Below, piece by piece: positions 22,801 through 34,131 of a stretch of DNA of 64,000 nt (its first letter is position 1; each line of letters starts with the position of its first letter). The translations under genes and the position numbers were made by a program. The notes below the pieces were generated by a model that was given only the letters and a program-made list of their open reading frames with translations, was not told the origin of the DNA and made no database searches. The DNA is taken from assembly GCA_004431415.1 (NCBI GenBank), contig QPMI01000453.1, positions 1 to 64,000 of the forward strand, given 5' to 3'. Origin of the DNA: Cyanophora paradoxa CCMP329 (lineage: Eukaryota > Plantae > Glaucophyta).

Positions 22801-23689
22801 TCGCCGGATGCGAGCCGCATTCCGGGATTTTAGCACGTGCTCGGTTCCACTCCTCCTCTTCGGAAGACGACGTCCCCGTCGTTTCCGGAGGCGCCCGCGG
22901 GTGGCCGCCATGGGAGGGTCCAGGCGCTGGGCCCGGAGGGGCGGCTCGCAGCGGCGCCTTGCCCTTGTCCCTGCCGCGCGCGGCAGAGGACTCGGCTGCA
23001 GAAGGCGCGCCCGGCGCGTCCGTGGTACGGACGGAGCAGCCAGGGCCGTCCAGCGGCGCTGGTGCCGTCGCGGGGCGGGCAGCAGCTGTGCTCGGCGCAG
23101 GCGCCGGCTGCTCGGCTGCGTCGGCAGCGAGATTTATTTGATCCCCGGAGGGATTGGTTGGGACTACGTTAGCCCCTTGACGCGCAACGCGCGCCGCGCG
23201 GGCGCGGCGGCGTGCGGCGCGCTCGGCGCGGCGGGCCGGCCGGGTTCGTTCACGCTCCTCTGGGGAGGTCCAACCCGGGTACCCGACGTCGCGCTCGAGC
23301 TCCGAGTCGGTGTCGGACGACACCGGCTCATCGTGGAGCGCGAGGCCCTCCATCGTGACGATGGGGACCTCATGGCCCTCGTCGTCGTCGTCGCGCATCA
23401 TGCGGACAAACAGCGGAGGTGCGCTCGGCGCAGGCTCCTGCCCGGTGGCTGCAGTCGCATCGGACTGCCGGGCGGCGGGTGCCGCAAAGATAGGCCCGGG
23501 GCAGGGTGCTGGGGCGTCGGCGCGCCCTCAGCTGCCATATAAGCCGCGGCCGTTCGATTGGCCCGGCGACGCATCGAGCGGAAGCCTTGGCCCCGTTTAG
23601 GGTAAAAGGCTCGCAGCGTGCGGATGAAAGTATCGGCGACTGCGCGCACGGGCGCATCGTCTGGTGGCGGGTCATACCCGAAGTCGCCG

Positions 23690-24400
23690 GGCGGCAGGTT
23701 GTTAGCCTCCGCCACCGCAACAACGGCCCCTGCTGGCAGCAGGACGGGCTCATTGGCGGGATTTAATAGCCGCACATGCAGGCTGCCGCCCGCGGCTGGG
23801 CGCCGGTGCAGCTGGTGGGGCGCGAGTACCCCGAGCGCCGACAAGGAGTCGGGCGCCGGCCCGACGGCGAGCGTCGGAGCCTGGTCCGCAGGCGGCGCAG
23901 GGCCGTCAATCACGCAGCGGACCATCCACTCGCGCGCGTCCTTCAGGACGACAGGGCGAAGGACCCGGACAAGGAGAGGCCCCTTCGTTTGTCCGGGCAG
24001 CAAAAAGGGATCACGTGGGGGCGGAATTGCGCGTCGCGCGCGTGCAGGCACCAGCCAGAGCTGGTCGTGTCTATCCGCCCCTCGACCATCATGATCGTGC
24101 CGATGCCCACGAGCAGGTCGGCATTGGGGCCCAGGGAGCCGTCGGGGACGACGTACACGGCCCGCGAGACGTACACGTCACCGAAGCGCAGCACGACGTG
24201 CGCGATTTCGGCCGTGATCGTGGCGTGGTGCAGGAAGGCCCTCAGGACCTTCACACCCGTGTACCGGGTGCCCGGGGCATGTGGCGCTTCTCGCCAACTT
24301 CGCCCATAGCGCCGGTGTCAAAGAGGATTTGGACACGCGTGCTAGCGCCGAGAGTGCCGTCAGCATTCAGGGCGTAGACGAATCCTGGGCACTGCAGCTG
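23690..24400 (-). CDS. Retropepsin protease followed by a dUTPase-like linker (frameshifted)
   Basis: VQILFDTGA catalytic motif, ADLLVG, then VRLLNPANEPVLLPAGAVVA. Confidence 0.75.
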
Positions 24401-24849
24401 CAGGCGCCGGAAATCGTGCGGGCGGCCCGAGATCCCATCGATCACATGCGCAATCGGGATAGGGGCGTTGAGGCCGCCGGGCGGCGCGCCTTCGGGGGAC
24501 TCCGGGACCGCGAGGTCCGACGGGCGGTCCGGGCCGTACCCGGTGAGGTCACCAGGGTCGGCGGCGGGCGTGGGGAAGTGCAGCGACGAGCGCTGCCGGC
24601 TGTTGCTGGCGTGCAACGCCGCGGACCGACTCTGCGGGGCTGCAGAGGTTTTCCGGTCCGGCCCGTCCGTGAGGGGCTGCGGCTCCCTGGTCGCAGCCGC
24701 CAGGACGCTTTCGGCGATGGACCGCGGCTGCAGTGCAGCGCGCGTCGCGAAGTCGTCCTCGCCGTCATCGTCCCCGTAGACACGGAGGACGGCGCGGGCG
24801 CCAGGACGGCAGCGGCCCTCGGCCTGGCGCGCCTGGGCCTGCCCAATCA

Positions 24850-27800
24850 GCCGGAGCAGCTCGGATTCGATCCGATCGAACTGTTCCAAGCTGGAACGGC
24901 CGCAGCCCAAATCGTCGCGGCGACGTTGAGGGCCGCCCACGAGGCGCCGCTGGGCAGCGTCGTGCCCGGAAGATTGTGACCGGCGGCGGTCGCAATCTCG
25001 TCCAGGACTTCGGACAGAAGCGGCGGGCTTGCTTCGTTGCCAGCCTCGAGCAGGAGGCGCAAGCGAGCGCGCCAGTTTTTGGCGGCTTGGTAGTGGGCTG
25101 CACCGGCGCTGTCGCCGGGCGCCGGCGCGCCGGGGCCAGCAGGGCGGTCACGCCCGGCATCGGCGGCCCGTACATCATGCCCGGCGGCCAATAGTAGCCG
25201 CCGCCTCCGGGCATCTGAGGCATCAGGGCCGGTGGCGGCCCGCCCAGGTGGGCCGCGGCGGCGGCGGGCCCATGGGAATGGCGGGTACGCCGCGGCGTCA
25301 GCCGGCGGGACACCGCTGGGTGCAACGCGAGCCCGCTTGTTGCGGCGCTCGGCTTCGGCTAGGAGGCGGGCGCGCGTCTCCTCCGGCGTGGGCGCCGGTG
25401 CGGGCGCGTCCTCGAGCTCGAGGCCGTGCTCACGCGCGACGGCAGCGAACGCTGCGTCATCGAGGCCGGCGAAGTCGTCGGCGTCGCTCGCCGCAGGCGC
25501 GGTCGAAGCGGTCACCGTGACGCGGTTGCCGTGCATCACGCGCCGGTCCCGGTGAGTGCCTTCACGGGCACGGCCACCGCGCGCACGGTCGGCGGGGGAC
25601 CGGGAGGAGGACTCGCGCGGCGGGCCGAGCGAGCCTCGCGGCGCTCGGCTTCCGGGTGCTGCCGCTTCGCGCCTTGCGGCGTGCGGGACGCACGGCGCCG
25701 TTCAGGCACCGGCGAGCGGGAGGCGCGGGGAGCGGGGCTCGGCTCGCGCGACCGGAGCCCGTTGTGCCCGAGGCAGAGGACGCTTCGTCCTTTGCCTTCT
25801 TGGGCGTCGAGTCACCCCGGACCTGGGCCCGCAGGGTCTTCGGGATGACCTCGGGGCGGCGCCCGCTCCAGTGCATGAGGAGGGCAGCCGACATCCGGTA
25901 ATGGAACGGCGTGACCGCCATTACCGTGGTGCCCAGGTCGGGCGCATCCGCAGGTGCGGGGAAGGGCGCATCCGGCTTAGCGACCGTGTCGAAAGCCGGC
26001 GCCGGCCAAAGGTCGGAGACCAAGAGGCGCGGCGGGCGTGCGCTCGTCATGATGGGCCAGAGGACATCATTGATCTTCTGAACCCAGCTCAGGAGAGCCC
26101 GCGAGGTGGCTTCCTGGCCGTGGAGCATGTGATCCTCGCCAGCATGCGAGAGATGCCGGGCGGCCCACGTGTCACGGTTGACGTGACAGAACTCGCGCAT
26201 GCCGTGCGCGGTGGTACGGGCGGGCAGGATGCGCTCAAGGAGGCGAACATCCAAGCAGCCGACAGTGTCCTCATGCTTTGCGAGCAGTGCGCGAAGCTGA
26301 GTCGTCGCGGGCAAACCCCAGATCTGCAGCATCGCGTCTGCGAGCTGCTTCTTCGACGCCGGCGCATTGTCGAGCCACGATGTGGCGACAGCGGTCGGGC
26401 GGGGAAGGTCTGGCATGGAGAACCAGAACAGGGTCGCCAGCGGAAGCTGGGAGGCCAGAACGAGGGCCGCGTACTCGTCGACAATGTCCGTAGGGACTTT
26501 GTCTTTGACGGTGTGGTAGACAGCGTAAAGCTCGTCACCATCGACCGTGCGCATGTGGCTACCGCGCTTGTCAGCGCTCAGAGTATTGCGGTCACCGCGA
26601 TAGCAGATATCCCGCAAGAACTCATAGGCCGCGGTCGGCCCCACGACGTGCATCTGCACGTTGTACCCTGCCACCGGCGCCGGGCGCCGGGGCTCAGGCA
26701 GCTCGTGGCCGAGGATCCAGCCGGCCAAGTGGTTCACATACCCCGCAAGCAGGGATGCGACGAACTCACGAGTCGGCAGCGGTGCCCACGTGGCGCCGTT
26801 CTCGGTGACGATGGGGCAGACGAGCGGGTGCATCCGCGTCCCCTTGTGCATCGGGTTCACCGGCGGCCGGCTGGACTCGTACCCCAGCGTAAAGACGCGG
26901 GGCGGCAAGCGGTCGAGCTGGCGACGCGCCTCCGCCTCGGAGGGGTACTGCATCGCGACGTGGGCGGGGCCCAGCGTGACGCGGATGGCGTTCTTCCCGG
27001 CGGCGTCGCCGAGGACGTCGAGGGCGTTCGCATCGAGCTCAGCCGCGAAGGCACGCTCGGAGCTTAGGACCGGCTCGCCGGGACGAGCATGCGCACGCGC
27101 GAGTCGGCTTGCGCGACTACGCGGATGCCGAACTTGCGGCCGAAGCGCGGGTCCTTGAACGCGACCACGCGACTGCGCGGTGGTGCACGGTTCGGCCCCG
27201 CGTGGGGGTTGAACTGGTGCGGCCGGTGCAGGTACGCGTAGGACATGCGACACGTGTGGTGCATGACCGTGTTCAGCGTGGCGTACGCCTTCGTGATCGG
27301 CCCGTCCTCACGGAGCGGGAGAGCGGGCTCCGAGGAGACCCACTTAGTGATGTGCTCATCGAGCCCCATCATCGCGAGCACGTAGGGCAGGCCCTGGACG
27401 TCCGCACCCTCGAGGGTGGTCGGAGTCGGCGGGACCGGCGGCCCGTAGAGCAAAATCGCGGCAGGGATGCCGCGGTTATGCCCTTCGACGTTTCCAAGGA
27501 CCGTCGAGGCGAGGCTGTGCAGAGCAGCATCGGCGTCGAGCGCGTCCGGGTGGAAGCGCGTTTGCAGGTGTGTGCCCGGGTTAAACACGGGGCCGCAGTC
27601 CCGTGGCCCGTTCTCGCCGTACATGAGAGTACGGAGGCGGGGGATTGCGCCCCAGGGCTGCTGCTCGGGCAACGTGTTGGTTGCGGAGCCCGCCCCGAGC
27701 GGGTCCGGGAGCAGCACGCAGTACTTTTCGCAGTACCGCAGGCGCTCGAGCGTGCCGTCGTACCAAGTGCGCGAGCCCGGAGGGGCTTGCGGGTCCGGAG

Positions 27801-30800
27801 CCGGGGGCTCGGAGGGACCGGCGGTAGCGGCGCTCGAGGCGGAGGCGGCGGCTGCGGCCTCGACCATGGGCGTGTCGCCCGCGGCGTCGCGCTCGTTCGC
27901 GCGAACGGCGCCGGCCCAGTCGTCGATCCACCGCACGAACGGCAGAGAGCGGATGACGACTTCCGCGCCCTCGACGGGGAAGTCGATTTCGCCCAGGGTC
28001 CAAGAGGCCCCTTCGACGGCGTTGTCGTACAGCCGAACCTCCTGGCTCAGCCAGGAGTCCGCGTCCATCTTTGCGGCGGCCCGCTGAACAACTTCGGAGA
28101 TGTTCAGGTCCGGGGGTACATGGAGGCGAGCTCGCAGACGAGACCCTCGCAACCCGGGTGCAGCGCGCGGACGCGCCCGTAGAAGAAGCGAACTTCTTCG
28201 GGCAGCTGTTGTTCCGAGTACGGAACAAAGGGCACGGTTCCCGGACCAGTGCGTCCGCTGAACCAGCACGACATCAGCCAGCGTGCGTGGGCAGGCACGG
28301 GCTCGACGACATCAAGACCGGGCCCCGTGTTTTGGGACGCGCGCCAGCGGTCATTGACGTAGTATCCCGGCAGGCGGGAGACGTGGAACTCAAAGCGGTC
28401 CAGGAAAACCGCGTCCCAGTGGGAACAGGTCCACCGGTCCGGCTCCGTCGGGAGCTCAGGGCGCGGGGTCAAGAGACCCGAGTTCCAGGCTGCAAGTTCG
28501 AACGACGCAACCGCGCGCCGTAGGAACCGCACGTTGGCGGGGTGCCGCTGGGGCACGCTCAGCTCAAGTCGCTCCCACGCCTCGCGCGAGGCGTCTGCGT
28601 GGAAGTGGCTAAACCGGCGCCACGGGGGCTGCGCGGTTTCTGCTGCGAGCCAGCCCTGGAGTTCGGGGTGGGGCTCGATTTGCAGCAGGAGCGGGTTCTG
28701 GGCCTGCGTGAGGCCACTGTTCGCGAGCCACATGTGCTCGACCGACGTCGACCAGTTGGACGACGGGGCGGGGCAACCGACGAGCTCGAAGAGCTTTGCG
28801 TCGATGCCGCTTCGGACGAAGAGCGCGTGCCACATGCGCTCACGGGCGTCGGCATCAATACCCGCATGCTCATCGGATTCCATGGCGTCTGGAGGCGGCG
28901 TGGCGGCGCCACCCTCGCCCTCATCCGACGAGCCGGAGCCCGGGTCCGAACTGCCGCTGGCGGCGGCGCGGTCGCCGGGCGGGCGAGCAGGGGCACCGCG
29001 GCGGGCGCGCGAGCCGCCTCGTCCACGGCCCTCGGTGGTGCCGGCGGCTGCCGCAGTCGGCTTGCCGCGGCCACGGCGCGTGGTGGCGACTGTTCGGGCC
29101 AACGCATCGCACGAAGCGATGATTTCGTTATGCTTGTCCCACACCGAACTGTTGGTGTGGGGGCCCTTATAGCGCCGGCGCACTTCGCCGTAGACCAACC
29201 GCATGCGGTGGGCCGGCTTATCAAGGAGTGTGGTGGCGTAAACGCCGGACTGCGACATGCAGTAGCAGACCCAGACGAACACACACCACGTGAATTCGCC
29301 ATTGCGAGCGGCGGAATCCATTTCTCCTTGCAGCGCTTTCATGAGCCACAGGAACTCGGGGCTCGAGCGGCGCTCGTTCTTCACCAGGTCCGGCGGACCA
29401 AGGCGCGGGACGGCGCGGGAGGCGAGCAGGTCGAGCACGTCGACCTCGCGATGGTTATCGCGGCGGGGCACCGGATAACGGCGATCGAGGAACGCCTCGA
29501 TGCTAGGCCCGCGCATCAGGGGTCGGCGTCCGGGTGGTGCCGGAACCGGAGCCCCTCGTCGGGACCGACGGGGCGGTCCACAACGACGGTGGGGGCAGCG
29601 CGGTACGTGCCAATCCCAGGAGCCAGTCAGAGAACAGCAGAGAGCTGAACTCGTCGGGGCGCCGCGGGTCAATGAGCCGGGCCATGCGCTGCACGGCGAC
29701 GCGCTCGGGCACGTAGACAACGCGCCACTTGTCCAAATCGGAGCCGTGCTGGACGAGCTCGGAAAGGTTGACGAGCGGGGGCTCGCCCCGCACGCAGCGG
29801 GCGCGGCGCTCGGCCTGTGTGGCCAGGACGCGAGCGGCGACGGTGCCCTCGGAGCTCTTGTCGAAGCAAGCAGCGCCGGCGACCTCACGCAGCCTTGCGG
29901 CATACGTTTGGTACTGAGTGACGGGCGGAGCCACGTCGTGAGGGGTGATCCACTCAAAGAGGCTGTTCTTGCCAAATCCCAGAGCCCCGGAACGACCGTG
30001 AGGGTGCGGAAACGGATTATGGCCAGCAGCAACTGCACGCAGTATGCGTGGAAGTCGCAGTCCTCGTGGAGGATCTCGCGGGCTGCGGCGAGTGCCGAGC
30101 GCATCGCGTGATAGCCCGTCAGGGCCGGCGAGACCGGGGTATCGGGCGTCTCGTCCCAGTCCCGCGGGTCAAACGCCACGTCATACCCGTTGGCATTCTC
30201 AGCCAGTATGCGGGGCCACTGCAAGCCCGGCTGGGCGAGCAGGTACGCGGACGCGACGAGAAGGGACAAGATCGGCGAGCGATCAGAGTCGCTAAGCCAA
30301 CTCGCCTCAGATGCGAGGTCCCAGCATGCCGACTTCGGGGCGTGCTGCTCCCAAGCGGCGAGCAGATCGTCCCACGCGCGCGGCCACGCGGTGTCGAACT
30401 CGAAGGCGAGATCGGGCCAGACGACGTCGGAGTCGTCAGGCGGGGGACCGACCCCAGAGCATGAGCCCGGGTCCTCGGGGTGGGCGAACGCCGCGCGCAG
30501 AATTGCACGCATAGCGCGGCCGGAATCCGGGCCCTCATGCAGGCGGTGGTCCGTGCGGGCGACCACGGCCGCAGTCTCGATCACGCAAGCGAGGTTGTTA
30601 ACCTCGGTGCGCTGAGTCAAGCGACCCAGGAGGAGACGGTCCGCGCGGTTCAGTCCGCAGGCGCCCAGGAAGCGATCGGCAACGATGCCGATCGTACCCT
30701 CGCCGGCAAGTTTGCGCACAAGCGGGATTTGCTTATGCCCCTCCATGCCGTTGGTGAAGAGGAGCCCGACGGCCCTCGACAGCGCGCGAGGCTCCGAGGC

Positions 30801-31280
30801 CAGCAGCGCGTACCACTTAGAGAGTGGCATGAGCAGGGGGGCAATGCGGCGGACAATGAAGCGGCTGCCCTCGCGTTGCGAGTCAACGAGCACGCTCTCG
30901 GTGTGGTCGCCGGGCATGTACCGCAGCCCGGTGGGCGCGGACATTGGCTTTTTCTCGACGTATTCGAGACCCAAGCCCTTGCCGCAGGGATCCAGGGGGT
31001 CGGACTCCGAGCGGACGCTCAGTCCGTCGGCGTCGGTCTCGCCGATTTCCGAGTCCCCTGAGCCATCGTCGCTTGCCGGGCTGGCAAAGCGCAGGGCGGC
31101 CTCGAACTCGGTCTCACGCGCGGCGTCGTCAAGGGCGCCGGCGGCGAGGGTCGAGGCGGCCGCGTCGAAGGCGGCCTGGTCACGCGCCCGGGCGGCGATG
31201 ACGCTGGCGTCGGCCGGCTGGCGCACGGCGGCGACGGGGACGCTGAGGTCCATGTCCGTCTCAGTGCCCACGGGCATCAC
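24850..31280 (-). CDS. Large unknown coding region between gag and protease (overlapping ORFs of 1058, 401, 563 and 230 aa)
   Basis: Long consecutive minus-strand ORFs with aromatic-rich globular composition, joined by apparent frameshifts; no recognised motif. Confidence 0.6.
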
Positions 31281-33172
31281 GAGGACGGACTTGATCGACG
31301 GGTCGCCGCTCGGGCGCCTGGGCCGGGCTTGCTGCCTGCCGAGGAGGAGCTCGCGGCACGCGCGGCCTCGTGCAGGGCTTGCTGCTGCGACTGAACCAGC
31401 AGATGCTGGAAGAATTCAGCCATGTGGGCAGCGCCCGGGTTCGGCGGCTCGGAGCGCGGCGGATCGCCTCCGGCGCGAACTTGGTTGAACCGGGGCCGGG
31501 GCCCGCGGTTCTGCTCAGGGCCATAGCCGCGGCCACGGCCGCTCTGGGCGTTGCCCTGGGCGGAGGGGCAATCCCGGCGCATGTGGTCCAGCGAGCCGCA
31601 GGTCCAGCAGCCTCGCTGCTCATCCTGCTCGCTCGTCTCCTTACCCTTCCCCAGCGGGCGCTGGTTCGGGCCGGAGGCCGGGCCACGGCCGGAGCCGCCG
31701 GCGTAGCCGCTGCGGGCGCCGCCGCGGAACCCGCCGCGGGCTTGGAAACCGCCCCGGGGTACGGCTCCTGGCGGTGTCCACCGCGGTGGGCGTAACCGCC
31801 GCGGTTCGGGCCGGGGTCCCCGCGCTCGTCGCGGTCGGGGCCCTCGTCCTCGCGGGTCGCGCGCTCGCGGCGCTTCAAGCCCGCCCGCTTCTCAGCGATC
31901 CCCTTCACCCAGTCGGCGTACGGGATGCCGGGGAACGGGGCCGTGCCCCACGCGCAATTCCACGTAAAGTGGCAGCGGTCGAGGGCCGGCATCTCCACGT
32001 GCATGCACAGGGGCATGGCGTCGTGGTGGTGCACGGGTACCCAGGTTTTCCTCGTCCGGGTGCCGGCGGCTCGAGACGGGGGCGCCCGGCGGCGCCTTGG
32101 TGCCGGGGGCGGCGTGCACCGATTTCGTCGGGACGGCCTCGTCAGGCTCGTCCTCGTCATCGGCCGCCACGGCCATTTTGCGCACGCGGGGGCGCTTGGT
32201 CTCAGGCGCCTCGGGCGCGACCATGGCCTGGGGTGGCAGCACGGTACGGCAGCCGTGCGTCTCGCATGCCTGGAGGAATAGATCGTCCAGCTGGAGCGGC
32301 GACAGGGCGCCGTCCAGAGCGAGAATGCGCTGGTCCAGCGCAGTGAGGAACTCGCGCAGCGTGCGCTCGTTCAGCTTCGCGAACCCGGCCATCCGAACAT
32401 CAAGGTTCTGATATTCCGGGTCCTCGCTCGTCGCACGGGCCTCAAGCGCAGTGCGCAGGCACTCGGCGTAGTACACGGCGAGGCGCTGGCCCGTCGGCAG
32501 CGTGTGCCGGACGAGAGGCAAGAACCAGTCGTGCCATGAGCGCGGATCCTCGCCCGTGTAGGGCTCAGTGAGGGCCCGGCGGGCCGCGTGCGGGCGCGCC
32601 TTGTGGATCCACGCCGTGATCGTGTCTAGCAGCCCGGGGGCACGCAAGTACGCATCACGCGTGGCCACGATTGAGGCCTCATCACGCGCGCAGCTCTGCT
32701 GCAGCGCGAGGATCGTGGCGTCGTCATCGGCAGAACGCAAGTTCGCCGGGACGAGCTCAAGGCGCCGCAGCGTAGCGCGGTCACGCTCCAGGCCAGCAAT
32801 AGAGGCCTCATAGAGGTCGCGCTTACGCTCGATTACGGCGCGGAGGGCGCCGGGGCGGATGCGCCCGACGATCACTCCTGCAAGAGCCTCGGACTTAGTA
32901 TACTCCTGGCCGCCGGCAGCGTCGGGGCCAAAGAGATACTTCGTCGGCTGCGCCGACTGATAGTTCCGGACGTCCTTGCGGAACCGGTCACCATCGGCGA
33001 GGCGGGGCTGGGCGGGCAAGAATCCGATCCGCGCGGGATCGTCATCAGCCACAGCCGAGGCGCCGGGGGCGGCGTACTGCACAGCAAGTTCGGCCTTCGC
33101 AGGCTCAACATGCGCGAGCGCAGACAGCTGGCTCCGGACTTCAGAACTAAGAAGTTCCGAGGAGTTTGACAT
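31277..33172 (-). CDS. Gag-like protein with CCHC zinc knuckle (frameshifted)
   Basis: 426-aa helical ORF from 33172; CWTCGSLDHMRRDC (CX2CX4HX4C) at 31568-31609. Confidence 0.8.
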
Positions 33173-33831
33173 GTTGTTCTCTTTGCAACGTAAAGCCGCA
33201 AGAACAAGATGCCGGGGAGAGCACTAGGCGCGGGATTTGATCTGCAGCTCGCTGCAGAATCCGGCGCGGGGATCTCGCGGTCACGCAAGAGCGCGACTCA
33301 GGGACACTTAGAGAGCTGCTCGCAGCAGTCTCCGTGGCACGGTTGCTCGCAACCGGCGATGGGACAGGCAATGATGAGACTCTCGAGAGAGAGCTCGGCG
33401 CGTGCGCTTCGGTCTGGGGATGACCCGAAGCCCGCGATAGGCACTAGAGACGTTTCCGGTGCACTACCGTCCAACCGCAAGCGGTACAGGGCGGCGCACT
33501 CAAACGCAAAGCAACCGTGGGGACGGCGCTCGCGCGGAAAGCAGGTCTCTGGCTCCAATAGACACTGGGCAAGGCGGCGCAGCGATGCGCGCTGCGCGGC
33601 GGGGCTGGGGAGAGCGATACGGACTCAGACCCTTGAAGGTTCGATTCCGGCAGAATGGCGCCTGTCGCGTGCGAGAAGGTTCGATTCCCGGCAGTAGCCG
33701 GTAGCTCCGAGCGTTTGTGTATAGCGGCCGGGGTCGCGTTGTATAGAGAGCTCAGGCTCGATCAAATTCCTGGCTTCCCCGGCCCTCTCTCTGTTCGCCT
33801 TCGGGCGTAGACCCGCGCGGACGCGGGATCC

Positions 33832-33842
33832 GAGAGGAGGAG
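33832..33842 (+). promoter_or_regulatory. Polypurine tract
   Basis: GAGAGGAGGAG, one base before the right LTR on the + strand. Confidence 0.75.
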
Positions 33843-33843
33843 T

Positions 33844-34126
33844 TGTCGCATCCGACTTTACAGTGGATGCTCGATTGTGAGCCGCTAGGGCTCTAGATGA
33901 TGTATGCAGCCTTCGTGCTGCTAGGCCGACGGCGCCTAGGCTAGTTAGAGCGCCGCGGTCATTTGTATGCGTGTGTCGGGGTACGCCGTAGTTGGACGGG
34001 TACACCCTCAGTCTATCATCACGGTGGCTAACAGCAGCAGCACTCGCCAAACCCCGCCCTGCCGAGCTTGCACTCCGCACGGGCTTCTCGCGCGCACGAT
34101 TAGACACACTAATCTCGCACGCGACA
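33844..34126 (+). repeat. Right LTR (283 bp)
   Basis: Matches 16833-17115; followed by TSD GCGCC. Confidence 0.95.
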
Positions 34127-34131
34127 GCGCC

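Larger units (their letters stand above)
16833..34126. mobile_element. 17.3-kb Ty3/Gypsy LTR retrotransposon; gag-pol on the - strand, PBS/PPT on the + strand
   Basis: Direct 283-bp LTRs TGTCGC...GCGACA, TSD GCGCC at 16828-16832 and 34127-34131, domain order gag-PR-RT-RH-IN. Confidence 0.95.

Noticed and set aside
26100-26230. Tyrosine recombinase motif (TAHGMR...HLSH) in the unknown LTR ORF
   Set aside because: Spacing is short and no catalytic tyrosine follows
18700-32346. Long + strand ORFs inside the LTR element (e.g. 25556-27067, 19868-21052) as true sense-strand genes
   Set aside because: Shadow ORFs expected opposite GC-rich coding DNA; no motifs recognised
33590-33700. tRNA gene suggested by GGTTCGATTCC
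   Set aside because: No T-stem pairing (GAAGG vs CCGGC), no convincing D arm or acceptor stem; treated as a PBS complement instead
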